Origin: a virus
Taxonomy: Duplodnaviria > Caudoviricetes
Length of the DNA: 38,603 nt
IMG/VR virus record: IMGVR_UViG_3300016643_000202
Coordinates: 1-38,603 of that record
Direction: 5' to 3' (one strand)
Part shown: positions 18,326-27,073 of the stretch, one piece after another
Numbering within the stretch: the stretch's first letter is position 1
How the letters are laid out: each line of letters starts with the position of its first letter
Notes under the pieces: model-generated
Seen by the model: only the letters and a program-made list of their open reading frames with translations
What the model was told of the DNA's origin: nothing
Database searches by the model: none
Position numbers and translations under genes: made by a program

Positions 18326-19474
18326 TTAACGCTGACCAGACAAGTTTTGGCGGCTAAAACCCATTCTGTCTACAAACTTCAAGCCTTGACTGACGAATCC
18401 TTCTTGGCTTTGCTGCCCTGATTGTAGATAGCCCTTTACCGGACCTTGCTCGGCTTGTTTAGCTAGTTGATCTACTATTTGATTCTTGAGATTATAGATA
18501 GCGATCCATATAGTGAATAAACCCTCTATGCCTTCTTTATTATTGTTAAGATGATCTGATAACTTTGCTTTCATCGATGCTGTCATGGGTCTAGTCTCAA
18601 AGTAATCTATGAAATCACTAGCCATGTTGCTTAGATCACCGGACACAATCTTTTTATTGATATAGGTTGTAAATAATTGATTAAAAGTATTACGGGCCTG
18701 TGGTGCCTGCATCAACTTTTGTACCGCTGATCCATATTTCTTCACTGCATTTTTCGCATTAGTCACTAATGCAGGGTCTAGTTTCAAATTAGGAGTGACG
18801 GGCATTGCGCTAGGAATGATGGCAACATTACTATTGTTCTTTAACTGTCCTAAGCTACCATTCAATGGCTGAGATTTATCTGTGGTGGCAGCAACAGCAG
18901 GAATAAATTGATGCACTGCTACACCTGCTGTTTTATCCGCAATCAACTTACCTATGTCACTATCGACATCTACAGTATATGCTATACCTTTAGGATTCGC
19001 TTTGAACTTATATAGACCATTCTGATCATTGAGTGGTTGACCAAAGAGCATGTCACCCCAGTAGTAACCCTTAGTTCCTTTACTTGCTTTTTCGAGACCT
19101 TGCCATATGTTTGAAATGATACCGTGAAGTTCAGCACGATCAACTCCCCTAGCCCTATCGTACCCTATGAATTGTTCCGGGCTATAGATTTTTCTACCCG
19201 ACATGTCTTTCTTATTGAACATGTGCTTATCCATGATACTGAATTTACCATCAGGACCGTGACCGAATATCAATGCAGGATAGCCGTCCCACTTGATAGT
19301 GATTGATTTGGGATTCTTGGCAGTCGCTAATATAGCATTGATGGCTTGATTGGCACCGGCGACATCACCTAGCACGATCAAATCTTCTGGATGATCTAAA
19401 TGCCCCTTATCTTCTACTAATATATCTTTATTAACGATAGAATAAAGGTGTCTCAGTGATTCTGCCAAATTCAT
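18326..19474 (-). CDS. DUF6267-like protein with ligase-type KxDG motif
   Basis: HLDHPEDL, TIKWDGYPALIFG, GDMLF, EGFV, KFVDR..FSR.N pattern. Confidence 0.6.
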   Translation of the reverse strand: MNLAESLRHLYSIVNKDILVEDKGHLDHPEDLIVLGDVAGANQAINAILATAKNPKSITIKWDGYPALIFGHGPDGKFSIMDKHMFNKKDMSGRKIYSPEQFIGYDRARGVDRAELHGIISNIWQGLEKASKGTKGYYWGDMLFGQPLNDQNGLYKFKANPKGIAYTVDVDSDIGKLIADKTAGVAVHQFIPAVAATTDKSQPLNGSLGQLKNNSNVAIIPSAMPVTPNLKLDPALVTNAKNAVKKYGSAVQKLMQAPQARNTFNQLFTTYINKKIVSGDLSNMASDFIDYFETRPMTASMKAKLSDHLNNNKEGIEGLFTIWIAIYNLKNQIVDQLAKQAEQGPVKGYLQSGQQSQEGFVSQGLKFVDRMGFSRQNLSGQR

Positions 19475-20772
19475 TTTACTTTTTTGTTTTCGGCTGTTAC
19501 TGGAGATTTAGCGGGAGCGACATAAGGTGCTTTAGCAGGTTTGGTTGGCGCAGCCGGCTGCGTTTTTACAGGGGCTTGTACTGGTTTTGTTGCTCCGGGC
19601 AACATTCCGCTTAAAGTTTTCAATAAATCCTGATGTGCTTTTGCATCAATTTGTTTTAATTGGCCCATCATAGTTGTGATATTTTTAATCAATTGATCTT
19701 TCGGTGGAATGTTTACCGATGAAGTAGCAGATGTTACATTTTGATCAGCCTGTGCTGTAGCAGTCTGTGTGGTCTGTGCTTGTGCTGGCTGTTGATTCTG
19801 TGTCGCAGCTTTAGGATTACTAGCAGTATTTTGTAAAGCCCATGCTGTGTTAGCAAATGTGCTAAGAGGCTGTTTAATATTAGGATAACCATCTTCAACT
19901 GATTTGACTAATGAATCAACCTTATCCTGCGCCCTACTATAGTCAACACCCTTCATATATTTTCTAAACCAATCTTGCAAGAATTCGCTGATACTTTGTG
20001 CTTCCTCTTCGTTAATGATACTCTCATAAAGTCGATGTAATTTATAAAAAGATGATTCAACAATCCTATATCTTTTGTTAGATTCAAATAAAACCTTTAA
20101 TCCCACATCATCCCATGATAATCCCACCGACTCTAACAATTTATTGATAGCATAAATCTGATATGCTTCGGCTATAGTTTGTCCTGCTTTGAGTTTTTGA
20201 ACGGCGGCGTTTGCGAAATTGGGATCGACATTTCCTTTTTTGATTACTTGTTGTACTGTTGCTAATGCGTTTCCCCACTCGGGATAATCTTTTCGATCAG
20301 CCATGAAGTTGACTAATTCTTTTGTCAATGCAATCTTTTGATTTTTATCCTGGGTTTGATTTATCGTGATAGACGCTTTTTTGATATAATCGTTTATGTT
20401 TTGTATAGTAGAACGCTGTGCCTGTGCATTTTGTTTAACAGGTTGTGTAGTTGCTTTGGCTGTAGCCGGGGCGGCTTGCGGTGTAACCGGTGTAGTTAGA
20501 GTCGTTGTCTGGCTCACCGGTGTTGCGGCAACACCTGATTTTTTCTTGGGGTCTACCAATCCGCCCTTTATCGCACTGTTTAATGCGCTAGATGCTTGTC
20601 CAACAAAATCTTTTAAAAACGCATCCTGCACCATTTTTTCTTTTATGCCCAGCTGCCCTTCAGGTCTACCTATTAATCTATTGCCGATCTGTTTTAAGGC
20701 GGCAGCGCCATACTCACCTGCTACATCGCTTAATGATAATTCTTCTATTTTTTCAATTTCATTGAGTTTCAC
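19471..20772 (-). CDS. Hypothetical protein with A/Q/T/P-rich linkers (possible head-internal protein)
   Basis: 433 aa; N-terminus MKLNEI; helical blocks separated by low-complexity segments. Confidence 0.65.
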   Translation of the reverse strand: MKLNEIEKIEELSLSDVAGEYGAAALKQIGNRLIGRPEGQLGIKEKMVQDAFLKDFVGQASSALNSAIKGGLVDPKKKSGVAATPVSQTTTLTTPVTPQAAPATAKATTQPVKQNAQAQRSTIQNINDYIKKASITINQTQDKNQKIALTKELVNFMADRKDYPEWGNALATVQQVIKKGNVDPNFANAAVQKLKAGQTIAEAYQIYAINKLLESVGLSWDDVGLKVLFESNKRYRIVESSFYKLHRLYESIINEEEAQSISEFLQDWFRKYMKGVDYSRAQDKVDSLVKSVEDGYPNIKQPLSTFANTAWALQNTASNPKAATQNQQPAQAQTTQTATAQADQNVTSATSSVNIPPKDQLIKNITTMMGQLKQIDAKAHQDLLKTLSGMLPGATKPVQAPVKTQPAAPTKPAKAPYVAPAKSPVTAENKKVK

Positions 20773-21010
20773 GATTTTTCCTTAACGATTTTTGAAATCT
20801 AGTTTGATCTCTGCCTTTGATTGAGCTTAATAATTTCTTTTCAAGCAATTCAGCCTGATCAGGGGTATAATGTTTATTTATGAGTTCTAACAAATTGATG
20901 GCGCTGGTAATTATATTGTGGCCACGACTCTCGATAAGATGTGCCATATCACGGCTATTACCTATAGCCTCTAATTCTTCCAACAGGCTTTTAGTTTTTC
21001 TCTGCATCAT
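20759..21010 (-). CDS. Hypothetical protein
   Basis: Start moved from 21040 to ATG 21010 (MMQRKTKSLLEEL) downstream of TATAAATA and an AAGGG SD-like sequence. Confidence 0.7.
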   Translation of the reverse strand: MMQRKTKSLLEELEAIGNSRDMAHLIESRGHNIITSAINLLELINKHYTPDQAELLEKKLLSSIKGRDQTRFQKSLRKNRETQ

Positions 21011-21049
21011 AAGTAACCCTTTATACTTATTTATAGCCAAAGGTTACTT
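21009..21049 (-). promoter_or_regulatory. Late promoter (TATAAATA, 21028-21035) inside an RBS-occluding stem-loop
   Basis: AAGUAACCUUU (21049-21039) pairs with AAGGGUUACUU (21021-21011). Confidence 0.7.
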
Positions 21050-22461
21050 TATGTCTTTAAAGAATTAAGCAAAGATTTTAATTTTGATCCTTGAACATCT
21101 GCCACTATTTTCTTTGTGTCAGATTCAATTTTATCATTTACTGATTGATTTATGTTAGATATACTGCTCACGGCCTTGATCTTATTCATAATATCGTTTG
21201 CTGATGGTTGATGTTTATTTTCTTGATCAGGATTGGGATCAGTGATGCGCAAGGTTCCAACATCAAAAGCAAGTTCAATCTTTTGTCCTACTCCCGAACT
21301 GCTTCGTGTTTTCATTAACTGAAGTTGATACTGCCCGCGATCTCGCATGCTACGGCTAGTAAAGATACCGAACACATTATCCGCAGTATTGATCTTTGAG
21401 ATACCACCTGAGATATGACTATGATCAAATTCGATCTCTTCGACTGCTGATCTGTTAAGTTGTGACGCTGTGACGAATAAAACATTTAGTTCTTTCGCTA
21501 GGTTACGCAATTCTTCCGAGACATACTTGTCCTTGACGAACAAATCACTAGGACTAACTTTCGTAGATACCGGCATGAGCAAGTCAAGATAATCGACACA
21601 GAGAAAATCAAGTCTTACACCTGTCTGAATCTGTAGTTCCTTACAATACGCCCGTAAGTCATTTACTGTTGATTGTGCGGGCATGTATTTGATTCGTAGT
21701 TTACCTGCTTTCTTAGAAAGCATCTTGACCTTCATTTCGATATCATCGATAGACTTAAATATCTCACGGCTGTTAGTATCAGTCATCATGCTATCGATAC
21801 GCATAGAACAATGACCTTCACTAAGTTCTAGTGTGATGTATGCCCCACTCAACCCAGCGTGAACCCAGTTAACTGCTAGATTTTGCAGGAACAAACTTTT
21901 TCCTGAGCCTGATCCGCCCGCAAAGATTTGCAATTCACCGCGATTAAAACCGCCATATAGTTTCCTATCCATGCTGGGCCAGCCTGTGCTATTTTGACCG
22001 TTATTTGATTTCAATTGCATCAGTCGAGCCCGGGGATCCGCGAAGTAATCTGTTCCCATATCTTTCTGTAGACTGATCTGCACCGCATCTTTGATCAGTT
22101 TTTCGACAGGATCAAACTCGCCCTTTTCCAATAGATCCGCTGCCTTTAATATCGCCCTTTCAAGTTCTTGTCTTTTTGTAAATTTTTCAAATTCATCTAA
22201 AAACCAATCATAATGTCCATCTGTCAATGAATCGATTCTATCTACATTAACACCTGTTGCCGCTTTGATCTGCACAGGATCAGGCATTATGTTATATTGT
22301 TTAGTATGCTGAACTATAAAATCTGCCGCTGCCCTCAATTTCCTATCGAAATTTTCAGGGTTCATGATATTTGTAACTCTCGTATATAATTCAGCATTCG
22401 TTACCATCATCTGCAAAAACAACAATTGTATCTCATGATTATTATTAAATTCGTTTCTCAA
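21049..22461 (-). CDS. gp41: Replicative DNA helicase (DnaB / T4 gp41-like)
   Basis: Walker A GGSGSGKS, TLELSE, VDYLDL, TASQLNR, KTRSS; downstream of primase. Confidence 0.95.
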   Translation of the reverse strand: MRNEFNNNHEIQLLFLQMMVTNAELYTRVTNIMNPENFDRKLRAAADFIVQHTKQYNIMPDPVQIKAATGVNVDRIDSLTDGHYDWFLDEFEKFTKRQELERAILKAADLLEKGEFDPVEKLIKDAVQISLQKDMGTDYFADPRARLMQLKSNNGQNSTGWPSMDRKLYGGFNRGELQIFAGGSGSGKSLFLQNLAVNWVHAGLSGAYITLELSEGHCSMRIDSMMTDTNSREIFKSIDDIEMKVKMLSKKAGKLRIKYMPAQSTVNDLRAYCKELQIQTGVRLDFLCVDYLDLLMPVSTKVSPSDLFVKDKYVSEELRNLAKELNVLFVTASQLNRSAVEEIEFDHSHISGGISKINTADNVFGIFTSRSMRDRGQYQLQLMKTRSSSGVGQKIELAFDVGTLRITDPNPDQENKHQPSANDIMNKIKAVSSISNINQSVNDKIESDTKKIVADVQGSKLKSLLNSLKT

Positions 22462-23416
22462 TTTTCTTTCTCCTCATCTCAATTTTAACTTTACTGGATG
22501 TTGCATTCTGTAGTATACTAAGCAATGTGGGTAATTTTCCATATCTTACAACCGCGTCATTAACATCTTTTACGCCCTCATGCCACTCTGGAATGCTAAC
22601 ATCATATCCCAATTCTAACGCCCTATCACATGTCGATAATCCTGTCTTGTCTTGATCTGGAACAAAAATGATTTTTTTGTTCACTTGCGATAACACATTC
22701 ACCTGATCATCATTGATAGTATTATGTGTCAATGCACATCCATTTATAGACAATGCATCAAATATTCCTTCGACTAATATACAGACTTCATATTCAGGCT
22801 TTTGAAAGTCTATTCCAAACACATATCCCGGTTGCTGCTCGTTGATCCATTTTGGAATCTTATTATCTAAAAATCTACTAGTATGTCCCACTATCTTATC
22901 GTGATATGTGTATGGTATGATTATCCTGTTTGCCTGCCTCCCATTCTCATCGGGCGTGATCATGAACGGATAAGATTCGCAATCTACTCGTCTATTTTGC
23001 AGATAATCTACATATATTTTGTGCGATGGATTGTTTTTATCGATCAATATACCATCTGGCAATTTATGTTCTTTAAACTTTACTTTAAACTTTTGCTTCT
23101 TTACCCTTACCAATTCAAGTAAATCTTTATGTTGAAGGCTTTCGAGGCTCCATTTCTGTATCTGTGTTTCATCGATTCCACACCAAAACAAGAACATCCT
23201 TGCATTCTTTGTGATGCTTTTACCCAATGTGAATCCACATTTATACCCGCAGTTGAAACAATGCATCGACCAATTATCGCCGTCTATCCTGACCCCGCCC
23301 CTCTGTCGCGTGTCGGGTCTGTGACCTTTGTGATGGCAACAAATGGCATTGAAGCTGTGCCAACCGCTGGAAGTAAGTTTCTTTTTGCCCGGAATTACTT
23401 GAAGAATATCAAACAC
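22445..23416 (-). CDS. gp61: DNA primase (zinc finger + TOPRIM; T4 gp61-like)
   Basis: CCHH...HCFNCG zinc motif, RIIIP, VEGIFDA, PDQDKTG, KDVND. Confidence 0.9.
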   Translation of the reverse strand: MFDILQVIPGKKKLTSSGWHSFNAICCHHKGHRPDTRQRGGVRIDGDNWSMHCFNCGYKCGFTLGKSITKNARMFLFWCGIDETQIQKWSLESLQHKDLLELVRVKKQKFKVKFKEHKLPDGILIDKNNPSHKIYVDYLQNRRVDCESYPFMITPDENGRQANRIIIPYTYHDKIVGHTSRFLDNKIPKWINEQQPGYVFGIDFQKPEYEVCILVEGIFDALSINGCALTHNTINDDQVNVLSQVNKKIIFVPDQDKTGLSTCDRALELGYDVSIPEWHEGVKDVNDAVVRYGKLPTLLSILQNATSSKVKIEMRRKKIEKRI

Positions 23417-23422
23417 ATTGTA

Positions 23423-23431
23423 ATTATAGCA
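23423..23431 (-). promoter_or_regulatory. Extended -10 promoter (TGCTATAAT) for primase-helicase
   Basis: TGnTATAAT ending 6 nt before GTG 23416; no SD. Confidence 0.65.
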
Positions 23432-23464
23432 TGATGATGCGCAAAAACAATGAATATCGGTAAG

Positions 23465-24235
23465 TTATCTTGCTAAAATGTTCGTTACCACACCCACATT
23501 GCTCACAAACTGCATTCTTACATAAGGATGATATCCACGAATCGTGTATCCATAAGTGTCTGTTGCATTAGCATATGTCGCGGTAGTTATGGGATACCAG
23601 TCTCCGTCAACAATAGTGGAACCTTCTATGATTACATTACCATGATAATCAGTATATCTAGCCTGTATCGTAAGTATAGGATTATCATTGGTGTTTATCA
23701 CACTACTATAGTAAGTCTGACTATTACTATTGGCATTAGAGTTTGGATTAAGATTTGGAAAAGGCTGCCCAGTAGGTATAGTAACTTGTTCGCTAGGTAA
23801 GAATGCAGGTAAAACAGAATTAACTATATTGATATCTCCGCGGGCTCCTGCATTCTGATCAACATAAACCGGATAATCAAATTCCCCTACAGGAATCTCA
23901 AGTGAATAATGACACATCTGTGCCTCTATATCTTCTAAATCGGCTGCATTCAATATGAGTGCTGCTATTCCAGTCAAGGGTAATTGTAGTGTCAATGCTT
24001 TTCTCAATAATACTTCAGTGCCATCATAACTTATGATGCGACAAGTGATAGACTTGCCTGTGATATCGACTGGTTTTTGTTCTTGATTCAAGAATTGAAA
24101 TTGTATCTGATTATCCACACCTTTGTGAAGTGTTAATGTTTTAGCATAGACTGGCATATATTTCCTCGGTGAATACCCTGATAATAAAACAACGATTTGG
24201 CGTTGAACATAAGTGAAGACGGCGGTCGAGTACAC
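23465..24235 (-). CDS. Virion structural protein (BppU-like N-terminal domain)
   Basis: L.LHKGVDN.IQFQFLNQEQKPVDITG pattern; AAGGAG SD, GTG start, late box upstream. Confidence 0.6.
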   Translation of the reverse strand: MYSTAVFTYVQRQIVVLLSGYSPRKYMPVYAKTLTLHKGVDNQIQFQFLNQEQKPVDITGKSITCRIISYDGTEVLLRKALTLQLPLTGIAALILNAADLEDIEAQMCHYSLEIPVGEFDYPVYVDQNAGARGDINIVNSVLPAFLPSEQVTIPTGQPFPNLNPNSNANSNSQTYYSSVINTNDNPILTIQARYTDYHGNVIIEGSTIVDGDWYPITTATYANATDTYGYTIRGYHPYVRMQFVSNVGVVTNILAR

Positions 24236-24254
24236 AAGATTGGCTCCTTGACTA

Positions 24255-24306
24255 TATTTAGTCTAATAAAATACAAATAATTAGTTTGGTAATTTACCGA
24301 TAAATA
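24255..24306. promoter_or_regulatory. Back-to-back divergent late promoter boxes (minus 24255-24262; plus 24299-24306)
   Basis: ACTAAATA on minus and GATAAATA on plus, each facing an adjacent gene. Confidence 0.6.
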
Positions 24307-24327
24307 ATTTTTGCAAATTAAAATGGT

Positions 24328-24708
24328 ATGTCTCAAAACGAATTCTTCAAAAAATTAAGCGAAAATCATCCTTTCATCACCATATGTTCCTACGCCGGTC
24401 AAGATTATGTTGGCATAGTACAGAACAGAGATGATGTTGTAACCACCCTTTACGATTATGGGGCTATCATAGAACCAATGATCAAAGAAAAATTCTTAGA
24501 ATTAGGTGATCTATGGTGGTGGGAAAGCAATAGATTGATTCCAATCAATTTGTTCCTCAAGAATGATTGGAATATCTTTAAACCTTATTTAAGAACATTC
24601 ACAAACAAAAATCTAACTATCATACATGGACCGGTATGTAGTTTGTTAGAACTTCATAAAAAACGAACTAAGCGTAGGAGCATCACACTAGTAAAGAAGA
24701 TGACTTGA
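24328..24708 (+). CDS. Hypothetical protein (late-expressed)
   Basis: 126 aa; WWWESNRLIPINLFL motif; basic C-terminus; only plus-strand gene in the right half. Confidence 0.75.
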   Translation: MSQNEFFKKLSENHPFITICSYAGQDYVGIVQNRDDVVTTLYDYGAIIEPMIKEKFLELGDLWWWESNRLIPINLFLKNDWNIFKPYLRTFTNKNLTIIHGPVCSLLELHKKRTKRRSITLVKKMT

Positions 24709-25264
24709 TCAAATTCATGTGAACTACTACAAGATGTGCGTAGGCTAATGCGTGACTTTTCTTGAACACATACCCGTCAGTTCCTTTATCCCATATAGTT
24801 TCACTGATTTCTTTATATTTCTTTCCTATCAGATGTTTCTTTCCGGGGCGTATTAATGCTAGGAACATAGCTAATCGTGGAACGCTATTGATGTCTTCAG
24901 GCATTTTGATCAAATTATACCATTGATTGTTCAAGTGTATCAATTTTTCTACAGTCCCTTTGTCTTTTAACATCGACCAATCGGGCTCACGCATCAATTC
25001 GATCAAATGCTGTTCGTCGCGCACTTGATTGTATACATGCACATTAAGTATGTCTAATTTAAAATAACCTCGCTCTTCTGCTTCGGTATAATCTATAGAA
25101 GCCATGTTATTGACAGGATCATATGGGATATCAGTGATATGTATGCCGGTGTTGTGTTTTCGTGGAGGATCTACTTTTAGCATGGCGGCGGGAATGTGTT
25201 CTATCAATTTTAGAACTTTGTCCCTATCACCTACATCGATATCAACATCAGTATCGATTCTCAT
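24683..25264 (-). CDS. dnaE: Miniature DNA polymerase III alpha (DnaE, family C) catalytic core
   Basis: 193 aa with collinear DnaE motifs DTDVDID, KHNTG, GYFKLDIL, ALIRPG, GYVFKKSHALAY. Confidence 0.85.
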   Translation of the reverse strand: MRIDTDVDIDVGDRDKVLKLIEHIPAAMLKVDPPRKHNTGIHITDIPYDPVNNMASIDYTEAEERGYFKLDILNVHVYNQVRDEQHLIELMREPDWSMLKDKGTVEKLIHLNNQWYNLIKMPEDINSVPRLAMFLALIRPGKKHLIGKKYKEISETIWDKGTDGYVFKKSHALAYAHLVVVHMNLIKSSSLLV

Positions 25265-25806
25265 GCTAGACCTAATTTTTTGTATGCCTGTTGAACAACT
25301 ATAGCTTGTCGTTCTGCGTCTTCTACCGCTTTGTGACTTGTGACATGTCCACCGTCTTTGAGTTTAACTCCCGCAACTTCGTATAAAGTCCTAGTATCTC
25401 TAACAGTATAAAAAGGCCAAGGAATAGGGTTAGGCCTATCGTCCAGTACTTGTCTGAAGGCTGTCTCAGCAACGACCACATCAAATGCTGCACCATTGCT
25501 CCAAACAGCACGGCGGTTCCAACAAAACTTATAAAGTTCTTCCATGCACTCTTTAAATGAGATTCGTCCCCGGTCTCCCAGTGCTTCCTCAAGTGCAGCA
25601 GGGCTTTGCTCACTCCACCAGCGTAAAGTATCATCGTTAATTACCCTATTGTGTATTTCAGTTTGCTCTTCGATTGTTGGTCGTAATTCTAGTCGTTCTG
25701 CTACACCATTTCCTTTTGGATCAAATCTTACAACACCAATGGTCAATATAACACAATATGGACTTGTGTCTAGTGTCTCCATATCGATCATTATGTCATT
25801 TGCCAT
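25261..25806 (-). CDS. DEDDh 3'-5' exonuclease (Rv2179c/ExoVIII-like)
   Basis: ExoI MIDMETL, ExoII WSNGAAFD, ExoIII HKAVEDA. Confidence 0.9.
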   Translation of the reverse strand: MANDIMIDMETLDTSPYCVILTIGVVRFDPKGNGVAERLELRPTIEEQTEIHNRVINDDTLRWWSEQSPAALEEALGDRGRISFKECMEELYKFCWNRRAVWSNGAAFDVVVAETAFRQVLDDRPNPIPWPFYTVRDTRTLYEVAGVKLKDGGHVTSHKAVEDAERQAIVVQQAYKKLGLA

Positions 25807-25810
25807 AATA

Positions 25811-27073
25811 TTATATTAATGATAAAATTTCTTTGTATAAGTCAGGTGCATAATCTTGCAACGAATGCTTTCTAAATTCGTCTGATTTTTTGATGAAGTA
25901 TTTCATATCCTGCCAATTCTTTGTATTTTTAATTTGATCCTCGTTGAGCCAACTCATAAACAATTCTACATTTTTTTTCATACTATAAACCGCAAAAGAT
26001 TTTGGATGTGTTTTTAATTCTTCTAAAAATTTTTCGCATTCAGGTAAAAAACTTTGTCTATATTTTAATGAAAGTAATTCAAATTTCAAATATTCCGGAT
26101 GAATTACTCTATTGAAATGAATCCCGTAATTTTTATAGTTATTATTTTTTTCACCATACTCATTCACTAATTCTAACCAAAATCGTAATAATCTAATAAT
26201 TCCGTGAATATTTAGTAGGCTTATTGTACAACTTAAATTGCAATTTAGATTATGCATGTAAGATAAATCAAAGAATGTTCTAAGGTTCGTTTCTACCTTT
26301 TTCCATTGAATAGGGTATCTTATATATTCATTCAATTCTTTGTATCCATCAATTGACACTGCTAAACCAACCGATCTAAATTGTTTCCATAATTCTAGTA
26401 AGTCTTCATCTACTCCTGTTAAATTTGTGACATAATTTATATCAATATTTTTACTAGCGCCATTGGAAATTAGATGCTTTAGCAAAATATGATTTGTATC
26501 AATAATAGTAGGTTCACCACCTATCAATGCTATATGGTGTATATTTGTAAAAGTATTGAATATTTCAATTATATCTATCGAATTTAAACTTACTGATTTT
26601 TCATTAACTATCAAAAGTGCTTTGTTATTCATCCATATATATTCATGTTCATCTTTCCACTGGTCGCTATTGTCTCCATTACAAGTCATACATTTACTAT
26701 TACATTTATTTCCCAAAGACAAATCCAAATATCTGATATCTTTAGTATCAACTATAATATTCATGGGTATTTCATATTGATTCAATGACTCATTCCAGAT
26801 TTGTCGCATTGAGATGCCGTTAGTATCTTCTACGGATTTGCATTTATTACAGGCTGCAGGCCAAATACCATTTTTAAGCTGAGTTCTTACTTCACACAAA
26901 TCTTTACTATTCATTTTTAAATCGGGGCTTAACTTATGGTATTCTTTATTTTTCACATTTGACTGATATGCACTAACATCAATATTGCAACAGGGTATAT
27001 AATTGCCATAATTATTGATGGATGCAGATCCAAACGCCAAAGCACAAAATATAGGTTTATTTTTTTCTGTCAT
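25811..27073 (-). CDS. Radical SAM protein with N-terminal twitch/SPASM-like cysteines
   Basis: CNSKCMTC (CxxxCxxC), GGEPT, TN, SIDG, YIRYP..W; N-terminal C..G...PCC and CxxC. Confidence 0.9.
   Translation of the reverse strand: MTEKNKPIFCALAFGSASINNYGNYIPCCNIDVSAYQSNVKNKEYHKLSPDLKMNSKDLCEVRTQLKNGIWPAACNKCKSVEDTNGISMRQIWNESLNQYEIPMNIIVDTKDIRYLDLSLGNKCNSKCMTCNGDNSDQWKDEHEYIWMNNKALLIVNEKSVSLNSIDIIEIFNTFTNIHHIALIGGEPTIIDTNHILLKHLISNGASKNIDINYVTNLTGVDEDLLELWKQFRSVGLAVSIDGYKELNEYIRYPIQWKKVETNLRTFFDLSYMHNLNCNLSCTISLLNIHGIIRLLRFWLELVNEYGEKNNNYKNYGIHFNRVIHPEYLKFELLSLKYRQSFLPECEKFLEELKTHPKSFAVYSMKKNVELFMSWLNEDQIKNTKNWQDMKYFIKKSDEFRKHSLQDYAPDLYKEILSLI

Noticed and set aside
24683-25264. Mini-dnaE as a pseudogene or split-intein fragment
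   Set aside because: No frameshift or stop remnants in flanking DNA, both neighbours are intact overlapping genes, catalytic motifs are preserved, and no intein N- or C-terminal motifs are visible
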